A model generated the notes under the pieces. The model saw nothing but the letters and a program-made list of their open reading frames with translations. It had not been told where the DNA came from and did not search any database. From contig OZ024747.1 of assembly GCA_964016885.1 (NCBI GenBank), forward strand, positions 91,760,001-91,824,000: a stretch of DNA of 64,000 nucleotides, written 5' to 3'. Source of the DNA: Eledone cirrhosa. Taxonomy: Eukaryota. A program made the position numbers and the translations under genes. Shown here piece after piece: positions 1 through 12,775 of this stretch (the first letter of the stretch is position 1; each line of letters starts with the position of its first letter).

Positions 1-1633
1 AATTCACGATTATTGGATATAGAAGAAAATTATTCACTCTTCAGATAATTTCAAATATCTGCTGACTTTTCTATGAAATTGCTATATGAATCATAATTTT
101 CTATTCTTAATTATGGAAATATAAAAGCTCAAATTCATTTCTAAAGTTGTAAAATACAACTATGATAAGAAAAACTTCCTTTGTTTTACTTATTAAAGGA
201 AACATCAAAACTACCATCTAAAGCATTCCTTTTTCCAAACTACAATATATAATTCAAAATATTATTAATTTATTTAAAGATTCGAATCTATTCACATTTT
301 TACACTCTATACTTATGTTCTGGCAGTTAGAGTAGTGAAATGTTCTAGATACCAGGTTAAAAAGAAGATATTCAAGACGTTATTTTTTAACCTTCTTCAC
401 CCTTGACTTCTATCTGATTCTGACGAGTAAAAGTGCGCGTCTGAGCATTGAATCGATATCAATACCAACTTCTCAAAGCAACCGAATTGGATGCCTTTAA
501 TAAAAGTCCCCATTTCGGCAAATTATCTAAACTTTGTTTCAATTCACCCTCTAATGTTTTTCAATCAGGGCTGCTCCATGGAAAAACAGTGGGAAATAAT
601 ATCTAGAATTTAGTTATGTACATGTTTTAAATACTTACATGCAATCTACCATAGAAGAACTCGATCAGTATAAATAAAAGCACTTTTCTTCCAAGATAAT
701 TCCCATTTTTCTAGGTAGTTATTTCAAATATGAAAAGTGTCTTCATCCTTTGAAGTTTTTTACTTTCTTTGCAACAATAACGAATGAAATGATTTACTAT
801 TTGATGTCCATCAATAAAATTAATAGATCCAAATAGCTGCTCTTTTGCAAAGCAAGATTTCAATGATAAAGCTTATCACAGCATATAGTTTCCTTCCACA
901 AAGGTTTTCCTTTGAGATAGCAACATTAGTTATTTCTTGTTCAGCTCCTCCATCTCCTCGTTTTGTCTTAATCAATCTACATACAGACAAAATAATTGAC
1001 TGTCTGTGTCTGAGAGTGTGTGTATGTGTGTATATCTGATTGTGTGTGTGTATATGTATGTTCTGAGCGTGTGTGTATGTATGTTCTGAACGTGTGTGTA
1101 TGTGTCTGAATGTGTGTGTGTATGTATGTGAGTATGTATGTGAGTGTGCGTGCGTGCGTGTGTGTATCTATGTATGCGTGTGCGTGTGTTTGTGTGGCTG
1201 TCCCATTATGTTTGAAAGCATGATGTACTCAATATATAAAGTTCATTGTAACAATGGTAGTAAATGAACTTAGATTTTCACCATAGTTTCTCGTTGCTAC
1301 GTATTCAATTCAGCTCGCGGGTTTATTTTTAATCTACTGGTTGATATATAGACTTATAAAGTTTGTTGAAAGAGAGGCTTATAAATTAAATATTAAGATT
1401 CTTATACTTAAATATGGATATAAATCTGACAAATAAACAGTTACGTAAGTGAAACATAGAGTAAAATCATAATGAAAAAAAGTAAAAAGGGGAGAGGATA
1501 GAGGGAAGGAGGAGACGACAAACTGACAGACAGGAAATAAAAATAAAAGGAATATATAACAGAAGCAAGAATAAGAGGGAAATAAAGAAATAAAGCAGAG
1601 ATAAGAAGTACGGTTTTTAATATATAATATAAT

Positions 1634-1940
1634 TGGAACTCCGTCGGTTATGACGACGAGTGTTCCAGTTAATACGGACAGGTGTTCGTGAAGTTAACGT
1701 GCAAATGTTTGAACATTCCGTAGACACTCGTACCTATAATGTAGTTTTCATGGAAATTCAGTGTGACACAAAATGTGAAAACGCTGGGTTATTGAACTAC
1801 GGGTACAACTCGTTTTTGCCAGATGAATGAACTAGGGGAACGTGAAATAAAGTGCCTTGCTCAAGGAACAACGTATCATCGGAAATCGAACTCACAATTT
1901 TATTTTCGTGAGCCATATAGCCAAATCCCTAGCCACGTAC
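1634..1940 (-). mobile_element. tRNA-derived SINE, second family (SINE-B), degraded
   Basis: The minus strand starts with a tRNA-like head (B-box-like GAGTTCGATTTCC, then CCTTGAGCAAGGCACTTT). The body recurs, degraded, at ~26010-26160 and ~37960-38130. Confidence 0.65.
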
Positions 1941-2091
1941 TTTCATTAGTATATCCTAAAACATCGAAAATAGTACACTTAAGGGCTACATCTTGTGAGT
2001 ATATATTTATTGTTGGGAGAGTTTGAAACTAAAATAGGTGGGGGTAGGGGACTAATATAACGTGGTTATAAGACTACCAGTAAGAAAGAGG

Positions 2092-2282
2092 AATAATTGT
2101 TTTACTTTTGGCACAAGGCCAGCTATTACCGAGTGCATTACTGGTACTTTATTTTATCGACCCCTTAAGGATGAAAAGCGAAGTTAAACTCGGTGGGATT
2201 TGAACTCAGAATGGCAAAGGCCGTAACTCAATGCGCCAAAGCATGGTGTCCGAACATCTACCGACACTGCCAATCCACTACG
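2092..2282 (-). mobile_element. tRNA-derived SINE (SINE-A), near full length
   Basis: A-box-like TGGCAGTGTCGG, B-box GAGTTCAAATCC, central CTTTTCATCCTT..GGGGTCGATAAAATAAAGTACCAG and tail GGCCTTGTGCCAAAAGTA. More than 15 copies in the window. Confidence 0.9.
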
Positions 2283-2373
2283 ATTGAGAGAGAGATAGAG
2301 AGAATGAAAGAGAAAAAGTGATAAGGAGAGAGAGAGAGATGAGAGAGAGGGGGAGATATATATATATATATAT

Positions 2374-2643
<270 letters not shown>

Positions 2644-2873
2644 GAGAGAGAGAAAGGGTGAGGGAGAAAGGGTGAGGGAGAAAGTGAGAGAATAGAGAAT
2701 TATAATATATACTACTACACGTCGTTTCCAAAATGTGTTGAAAACATGAACATTCAAATTGTGACTTATAATTCTATTATTCCTAATACTATTCGGCTAT
2801 TGGTTATCAACAAATTCGAAGATATAATCACAAACACTGATAATTATATAACAAAATCACAACACTATTATAG

Positions 2874-3051
2874 CAGACCTGTCAACTCTCCTCGTCAGAC
2901 AGGGAGATCACCCAGTCACTTTAGGGTGGGTGAGAGGTATCTTCTCTTATGGAAATGGGTATAGCTTTCATTATGTAAAATCTCCCCATTTTGTCACATT
3001 TCTCCTCATTTTGGGGCACTTTGGGGGGATTTTTAGAGGTTGGTAGGTCCG
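2874..3051. mobile_element. MITE (non-autonomous DNA transposon) with 6-bp TSD
   Basis: TIRs CAGACCTGTCAAC / GTTGGTAGGTCCG. Flanked by the direct repeat TTATAG (2868-2873 and 3052-3057). Homologous copies at 26159, ~27495 and 31018. Confidence 0.85.
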
Positions 3052-5002
3052 TTATAGGTATATATATTGTTTATATTATTTGCAAGATAATTAACTGGGA
3101 AATAAATATTTAAAATTAAGTGCGATACGTATAGTGTTAATGTATGTTTTAGAATTTACAGCACAGTGGGGTAGGAACTGCATTCCCTTTTTTTGTCTAT
3201 AGATTCAAGCCCTATTGTCTGATATAAAATATGGAAAAATAAAAACAGAGGGGAATCTATATTTTCTCATAGACAACTGTGTGTAACTTTATTAGAGTAC
3301 GTTTAGATCTTGATATAAAGAAATAATAGATTACGCCCCTTAAATAGAATTTATAAATGCATAATAAAAAATATAGTTTTCAAATATATTCCATTCTAAT
3401 ATTGCGTATTCGGTACTACCCATGTAGACTTCTATACATCTCAAGATCAACGTTTCAGAGAAAATATATTTTTAATAATTTCATTAATCTCTATAAACTT
3501 CCAATCTTCTTAGTTTTTAAAACAAACGTATATATAAAAAAATTGTATTGAGGAAATTACTGTTCAAATAAAGAGGAGAATAAAATCTAAAACGACAGTG
3601 TAATGTTAATTTACTAGATATACAAAAAGGGGAATGACCTCTATCCCTGTTCTTTTCTCTCTCCACATATAGTAAATGTACTTTTTATGGTATTAGTAGA
3701 TATTGTGATTATACCTATGCGTAGATATTATAAAGCACCGAGTTATATATTTTTTTCATCTGTTGTGTATTTGGTTTTCTAATTGTGGCAAAAGTTCGGT
3801 TGTGATCTAATGGAGAAATGTGTGCTCTATTTAACATGAGGTGAGCCCATTTAGAGTCGCCTTCATTAACTATGTTTCTTGAGGTAAATTTAGATGTAAG
3901 CTTAGGATTTTGGTAAAACATTTTATGGAATTACAACTGGTGAATATTACTTGGATAATTTTTTTTTATTATTTATTATTTCCAAAATTGTTGATACAGG
4001 AGAGTAACTCTATATCTTTAAAATTTATTAATTTCCATTCACATCAATGTTTGCAGATTTTCAGGCAGATATTTTTAACAAGCACGTGTGTAAAGTACAG
4101 TAGAAAAGAAAACTGATTTAAGGAATTCTACTAACCAACGATGAAGCCTCTACTTGGGTGATTCTCTTGCTAAATGGCAACTAAATCTGCCTCAAATAAC
4201 ACACTGCAGTATTAGATAAGGGCGCATTGGATAATGGAGTCTAATGTTCATGATAATCCATAAAAAGACACTAGGTGGTTATGATTGAAATACTTATATC
4301 ATTTCTTCTAGATTCTTCATAACCTGGAACTAAACAACAGTGATTCGGCTATCACATTTCATCTCTTTTATTTACGAACACCGTTTTTGTTTTTACCAAC
4401 AATAACTGCTATACTTTACTGCAAGTCTTCAATTTATTACTTTGTGGAGAAATTATCTAATAAATTAAATCAAACCAATCAGTATTTATAAACAGTATTC
4501 TAAAAACTCTTCCGTTTTCAAGCTAGTGTTTCTCTTAATTTCTCATCAGATTTACATCTTTGATATTAAAAGTTTGTTCTTTTCTTTAAATCTTTATGAT
4601 TATTTAAATTTAGCACTTGAAGCTGCAACAACTGACTACTCACAAGTGATTATATAAATATTCATGTTGATTTTCGTTATAAAATATAAATTCTCTACTA
4701 GTAATTGCTGTTGCTGTATTGTCATTTTTGTTGTTCTTCTTCTTCTTCTTCTTTTTCTTTTTCTTCGTCTTCCACACCACCCTCTCCATTTCATTCAGAC
4801 TGTTATTAATCAGAAGATGGTTATTTTCTGTTTGGAATAATAACTAACGTAATTATTATCATAATGTTCTGTCAACAAAAGTATTAAACCTGACATACTT
4901 ATGAGCAACAACATAAATAGACCCGAGGAGTATGGCAATGTCGATAATAATTAGAACGAAACTAACTACAGAACAAGAACATTGAAGCACAACAAAAAGA
5001 GC

Positions 5003-5245
5003 AATAACTGTTTCTACTTTTAGCACAAGGCCAGCAATTACATCAGTGCATTACCAGAGCAATAATTGTTTCGACTTTAGGCACAAGGCCAGCAATTACC
5101 CAGTATATTATTGGTACTTTATTTTATCGACCCCGTAAGGATGAAAGGCAAAGTTAACCTCGGCGGGAAGAGCAATAATATGTTTTATTTAGGCACAGGG
5201 TCAGTAATTTAAGGGACAGGGAAAGTCAGTTGAATTGATCCCAGT
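5003..5245 (-). mobile_element. Stack of 5'-truncated SINE-A copies
   Basis: Three SINE tails in tandem, with AGAGCAATAA repeated at each junction (TSD-like). Confidence 0.85.
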
Positions 5246-5560
5246 CGAGGCGACGGTCACTAGTCTAGCAGCATGTTCGTTGATGCTTGTTACATCCAGC
5301 ATCAAAAACTTAACCTTCTTGGTCTAGGAAGATGTCCGTATCGTCATCCAGGCTTTTCTGAAAGTACACAGCGATTCTGCTACCAGATCCCAAACATATA
5401 AGAGATGCGTACACCCCGTAGTCGCTGAAAATGGGTGCGAAGGCCCATGTCTCAGATATTCTTGTCTCGTTAATGGCCGCCACATCTATATTTAGTGACC
5501 TGAGACTGTTAAGCAGAAAGCTTTGTTGCCAAGACAAGCCCAGTCCACATGCCAACCTTG
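5246..5560 (-). pseudogene. Degraded Tx1-type ORF2 APE N-terminal fragment
   Basis: GLGLSWQQSFLLNSLRSLNIDVAAINETRISETWAFAPIF aligns with GLGSSWKQGHLLNDLRSLNIDVVASSETRISEAQDFAPIF of ORF 54815..58234. It continues past a stop as LDVTS..RLVTV. Confidence 0.85.
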
Positions 5561-7036
5561 ATACTAATAACAATATTAATAGCGATACTAATATAACATT
5601 TACCGCTGATCACATATATAACAACGTTAGAAGTAAGGACATTATAACATGGAGTAACCAAATGTATCCAATGAGAGTAAATCCGACTTCTGTTGCAGCT
5701 GGAATTTGTCAACACTCCATAGTAGTTGCACAAGGAAAAGCTGCCTATGCATGTAGCTAAATTCCTATATCATGTTGAAGGCGTTCCCGTGCACTGAAAT
5801 TGAACTACCGTCTCAGCAATGAGCACAGTGATATAGTAAATCAGCATTATGATAGCCAATTCTATTACCTTGTTAGACAATTTCCTATACTCATCCATAC
5901 ACACAGTACACTATGTGATATTGAATAAACAATATATCGCTACAAATGACAGGTGTCAAAATTGAATAGATAAATAGAGAAATAAATTGAAATAATAAAT
6001 AGATATTCAACGACGCCAAGCAACGAACATAACCACGATGACACTATGCAATTACTCTAGAAAAAATTAACAAAAATATGTACCGTATGATCATCAAATA
6101 AAAATATCAACAATGGAAGATTGCGATAGCAAATATTTGAATGCACACAACCTAAAGAAACAATATGGCTTTAAACAAAAGATTATAACAGGATAGTATT
6201 CTACAAATATTGTACTCATAAAATTACTCTTTTAAAGGAAACAACTAAAGTCTGATAAAACTATAATGCAGCGGAGGTATAATATTTGATAAGCAGCATA
6301 ACAATATATAGACATATGAAGCCCAGTGTTGCAACTAAGCTATAATAAAAATGATAGCAGGTTCAGGAAGTAAATAACAGCAATAAAGATTGGACTGCAT
6401 TTATATTTTCAGTGGTTATCACATCATATTTGGCACTGACAGACAAAAGCCTTGAAGCAAAACAGATGATTCCTTACCTATAGAATAACAATTACCCGAC
6501 CACAAAATAAAGAAAAAAGATTACCGCAAATATTGGCTGTTGGAAATTTATAAAGTACTCCCAAATAAAATATTCGAGAAAATAACTGAACATTTATAAA
6601 ATAAATGTAATTTCTTTAGGGCAATAGTATGGCCGAGTCCTGCGAAACAATTGATCAGATTTTGTTAAGAAAATGGAAGTAGATGATGGTGCCAAGGTCT
6701 AGAGTAAGTAATGTAACGAAGTAAATACATAAAATTGAGGCTTTTAAATGTCTAATGAAAAAGCTATAAGTAGATAAATGAGACGAAGACAATCTGAAGT
6801 TTATAGAAGCAACTATAAGCGAATGTGGTATATCGTGATCAATAATACCATGATTATAAATTCAAACTAAACACGAAGACCGAGATTACTGTCCTACATA
6901 AGTTACCTTTAAATTGACTAGCACATCAACTTCGAAAACTACAGGGGACAAGAGAATACGAATTAGCACCTCCACATAGACACCATACAATAAAATAACA
7001 GTGTACCCTTCACATGTCCTCAGAATATATAGACGT

Positions 7037-7257
7037 AATAATTTTTTCTGCTATAGGTATAAGGGCCGCAATTTGGAGGCAGGGTAAGTCGATTATATTG
7101 ACTCCAGTGCGTGACTGGTACTTTATTTTATCGACCTCGTAATCATGAAAGGCAATGCTAAACTCGACGGAATTTGAACTCAGAATGTAAAGGACCGTAA
7201 TTCTCTGCCACGAAGGAGGGCGTCCGACGCTCTACCAATATTACCAATCCACCGCCT
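7037..7257 (-). mobile_element. SINE-A, long-tail variant
   Basis: Same head and core as 2092-2282, with an extra ~30-bp segment before the tail. Confidence 0.85.
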
Positions 7258-7756
7258 TTATACCGGCGAAGTAATAAAACAATCCCCAAACAAAGAAACA
7301 TGATCTACGAGAGAAGAAGTCCAATTCTGTATCAACATACGACAATGCTGCATACAATTCAGGAACACGGATGTACACCTGTTGATGCAATAGAAACTCA
7401 CATAAAACTGCTTAAAAAATTATTGATGAACAACAAGGATAACAATAACTTAAACAACAATAACAATGTTCATGATGATAATAATTATTGTAATAATGAA
7501 TGTTATCGTTATTATTGTTACTGATACAGTTGCTGCTCTTCTTGTTGATCACGAGGAATACAAAGAGTAGATAAAACGAATGTAAGAAATAAAACTGAAT
7601 ATTACGAAACAAAACTACTCAGAAAAATATCATTTAAAAATGTTTGAAATATATTTGTAAAAAATAGCATTTTTCCATATTACCAAGGTGGTGAATGAAT
7701 TGAGAGAAGAAAAAATGACTACTTACATATGATACATATATATACACACACATACA

Positions 7757-7787
<31 letters not shown>

Positions 7788-8145
7788 CTTTTATGCATAC
7801 ATATATATACACACACATATATACATACATACATATATTTATGCATACATATATACACACATACATACATACATACTTACATACATACATATATTTATGC
7901 ATACATATATATATATATTTATATTTATGCATGCATATATATATATATATTTATATTTATGCATACATATATATATATATTTATATTTATACATATATAT
8001 ATAATATATATATAATACACAAAAAATATTCAATGATTTCTTCTCACATAGTAGCAAAAATAAACAGATATGCATAGACATATACACACCGATAAACACA
8101 CACTCACATCCACATGCTCACACTCTTGTAATAACATATATACAG

Positions 8146-8237
<92 letters not shown>

Positions 8238-8360
8238 ACGTACACGTGTGTGTGTGTGCATTGGTATCATGTGTATGTAGTCATTCTTTTCTTCATTTAG
8301 CACCTTGATAATATGGAACAATGTTTTTTTTTACAAATATATATATACATTTATATATAC

Positions 8361-8409
<49 letters not shown>

Positions 8410-8586
8410 AATTTGTATATATATATGTATATAAATTTGTATATATATATATGTATATAAATTTGTATATATATATGTATATATATGTATAACAAATTTA
8501 TATACATATATATATATTGGTATATATATATATATATATATATATATACGTATATAAATTTGTATATATATATATATATATATATA

Positions 8587-8629
<43 letters not shown>

Positions 8630-8632
<3 letters not shown>

Positions 8633-8812
8633 GAAGGAATTGTGGTAAGGAACCAGATGGACCATAACGCACCAAAGTACACAATACTTAGGGAAGTAGA
8701 GTGGGTAATAGGAACAAGTATGACCCCGACGGCAGAGCTCAAGCCGTTTCGACGGCTATTTCTGTCCAGAAACGTCGAAACGGCTTGAGCTCTGCCGTCG
8801 GGGTCATACTTG

Positions 8813-8815
<3 letters not shown>
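8630..8815. mobile_element. Penelope-like remnant with a perfect 43-bp inverted repeat
   Basis: Arms 8712-8754 and 8773-8815 with an 18-nt spacer. The arms carry a hammerhead 3' half (GAAACGGC..GCCGTC). Embedded in (TA)n. Confidence 0.65.
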
Positions 8816-8873
<58 letters not shown>

Positions 8874-9314
8874 ATGTGTGTGTGTATGCATTCCTTCCAA
8901 TCCCAATGTTACCATTATAACGTGTTGGGTGACGTTCACTGACACACTACACTAATGGAATTACATGGCACAAGTAGGAATATTATTTATTGAAATGCAA
9001 ATTGAACATGGAAGAGTTACAAATACATTTAGAGAGGAACACTGAATAACAAATATACAAATACACTGCCATTCAATAATCGCCTTTCATTGTGTAATAA
9101 TCGCCTTTCATTGTGTAATAATCGCCTTTCATTGTGGAGGGAAAGAATTGTAGGATATACATATCAACGTTAAGTAGGAGGGAAAAGGGAGAAAATCGTA
9201 ACGTTAAAATATTATCAGATTTTTATATTTTGAGGAATATTTAATACAACAAAAGTAACGACAGCAACAATAATATCAACACCTATACTCAGACATTTAC
9301 TACAACTACCTCTA

Positions 9315-9645
9315 ATAATAATAATAATAATAATTCTTTCTACATTAGACACAAGGCCAACAATTTGACTCCGTAACGATGAAATAATAATTGTTTCTAC
9401 TTTTGGCACAAGGCCAGTATTACTGGTGCTTTATTTTATCGACCCGGTAAGGATGAAAGGCAAAGTTAACCTCGGCGGGATTTGAACGATGAAATAATAA
9501 TAGTAATAATAATAATAATAATGGTTTCTTATATAAGCACAAGTGAAGCAATTATTTTTTTTTTGGGGGGGGGGGGACGAAAGTCGATTAATTCGACCCC
9601 AGTGTGTGACTGGTACTTTATTTTATCGACCTCGTAAGGATGAAA
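9315..9645 (-). mobile_element. Cluster of truncated SINE-A copies in (TAA)n
   Basis: Three SINE tails. One has a 17-bp TSD AACGATGAAATAATAAT (9375-9391 and 9485-9501). Confidence 0.85.
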
Positions 9646-10169
9646 TAATAATAATCATAATAATAATTATAATAATAGTGATTTATATGTTAGCCTCACA
9701 GGTCTGATATTAAGAAAATATTAAAGACTGAATGGGATGGCTAAAGACGATAAAATATAGGGTTTGGGGGCGTAAAAAGTGATCCCAGAAAAATCAGAGA
9801 TATATACATAACTACGTAGAAGCAAGTAATGAGTAACTGTTTAGTGTAGTAATGAAATATGAAAAAGAAGATATATATTTTTTGCATAAAATCAAACAAT
9901 TAAGAACAATCTGGAAAAAAACTTAAATCCAAAATTAAGAAGCACATAGATTAGGACAAACCAAAGAACAAATAAACAAACAAACTGACAAACAAACAAA
10001 TAAAAACGAATCAAATCAGGGAACCAAATGAAATTTCAAAATAAAATGTCGGAAAAATAGATTTGAAAGTAAAGTTCTAGTGTATGGAATTTGGTCATAT
10101 ATGTAAGATATCTTATTTTGTAGGTAACTCCAATTTTCCATAGCATACCCTGGCATTTCTCTACAGCTG

Positions 10170-10380
10170 GTAGTCCAGATTTGCTTTTCAACTTTCGAGC
10201 TGTTCCCAGTATGCATGTCTTCTGGAGCGGTTTAAATCCCTGGTGTAAAGTTTATTTTCAACAGGGAGATTCAAGATTCTTCGTCACCATGCCAAAAGCA
10301 CCAATCACAACTGAGACAATGGGGAAATTCTTCACTTCATAAATCCACCATTTCAAGATTTCATATTTCTAAGTCGGTAT
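10170..10380 (-). pseudogene. Old 5'-truncated R4/Dong-type RLE C-terminal fragment
   Basis: The minus strand encodes ..VVIGAFGMV.. and QKTCILGTARKL, matching PIVIGALG..QKACLLGTARTL of the intact element. Confidence 0.75.
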
Positions 10381-10899
10381 AAGCGGTTTCGGCTTGCGGG
10401 CCGCACTCGGGATTTTACATATGTCTATACATACTCTGCCTCTCCCCATGCATTGAGTACTCCTATGATTAGTGGTCTCCCATGTCTCAGGACCGCAGAC
10501 TCTATACACACACATAGATATTGTTTTTATATACATACATACACACACACACACATATATATATATGAATATACATACACATGTATATGCATATTTATAT
10601 GCACATCCATACACATTGTATGTTTGCATATGTATGAGTGTTTGTTTGTAAGTGTGTGTCCTCGTATGATGTTTATTACATACAAACAGTCATATGCATA
10701 AAGCATCGGCAATAGCGGATGCAGCCAACCCCTCTCATAGCTGAAGGCCAGTAAAATAGATATTGGTGCACAGATAAATGGCTGATGCACATCTTCATTG
10801 AGATCATGTGAAGGAAACTGGTATAAATATTATTGATCAATATGCCACATACAGCAGAAATTATAAACTTTTAACCAGAATTTCTTGGGTGAAACAGGA

Positions 10900-11435
<536 letters not shown>

Positions 11436-11944
11436 GCGACAGAGAGTGAGAGATGAGACATACTAGAGTGTATTTGTTTGTATTTTCTTCATGTTTGTGT
11501 TCAAAATTATATATGTATAAAAAAACAATAATGAATATGAAATCGATGGAAACATTTATCCGAAAAAAATTATTATACTGATCATCGGGAAATGTTTCAT
11601 CTAAGCATTTGAAGCTAGTTTCTCAGTTGAAAGGAAAGAAAAAATGTGAAAGATAAAGAGAAGAAAGGATATTGAGTCTTTTATAAAAGGATCTGTAGGT
11701 GTGAATGAGAATATGTTTCATTGTTAAGAAGAAAAAATAACGATTGACTATCCTTATTTGACGTTTTAACAGTGATAGAGAGAAAGAAAAAATGAGTTGG
11801 TGTTAAAATTTGAAAATTCTGGCGTACTTCTCGAAATTGAGATTTAAAAAAAAAAACCACTCACACAGAATTTATGCAGTCTATATATATGTAAGGGGTG
11901 CATGCATGTATGTATTATGTATGTATGTATTATGCATGTATATA

Positions 11945-12011
<67 letters not shown>

Positions 12012-12505
12012 TATATATATAAATATATATATATATGTTCAGCGTTGTTTTCGCAGACAGACAGGTACAAAAATGTGAGTATATGTTTATATGTGCGTTA
12101 TCCGTTACACACACACACATATATATAACCGTTAAAAGAATTCTAATATGGCACAACATAAATGGCTGATAATATCGCTAAAAAAGAAACCATTTAAAAC
12201 CTAATCCAAAAGTGTTTCTTGAGAATAATTCAGTAATGTAATTACGCCTCTGATTCAAAGATCTTTACAGACAATAAAAAATATGCACTTTCTCATTTTA
12301 ACAAAGTTAATGTAATGTGGATATGCGGTTCATCAGATTGTCTGTTTTTGGCTGTTTCTCACAGTAAAAATTGTATATTAATATAAAAACACCTACATAT
12401 TGTGTATTGTATTGTATTTTATCGAATATCGATGTAATTCTATCTATACAATAGCATATATATATTACATAAAATTTTGAAGCACATTAAAGAACGTATT
12501 TAGAT

Positions 12506-12775
12506 AGGAAAGCTGAAGAAAGAGCATAAAAACGGTACCATCATCCCACAATTAAAACCTCCAACCCTGTAGCAGTGGAGACTTCCGGTTTTCTCCCCCC
12601 CCCACCCGCCACCCGGACCCCATCCATACTCACTGCTATCGGGTTGGAGATGGCTGCATGCAGGTGCATCCCTGTGAGGTTGAGTAGCTGTTTCAGCGCG
12701 TCTCCCTCACCATCTTCCAGAGCAATGCATTCTCCATCCTGTCGGCCGAGACCCAGAGGCACAGGGTAAGTTAGT
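12506..12775 (+). pseudogene. Degraded C-terminal RLE domain of a CRE-clade-like non-LTR retrotransposon
   Basis: Reads KAEERA*KRY..PVAVETSG..ILTAIG.., then after a frameshift EVE*LFQRVSLTIFQSNAFSILSA. This resembles the CRE-type C-terminus (PVAVETSG..L.QR.S.A..RGNA). Confidence 0.7.

Noticed and set aside
9075-9135. 21-bp unit repeated three times (AATAATCGCCTTTCATTGTGT), also 46-bp x2 at ~28945-29036
   Set aside because: Simple tandem duplications without spacers, so not CRISPR-like. The context is eukaryotic.
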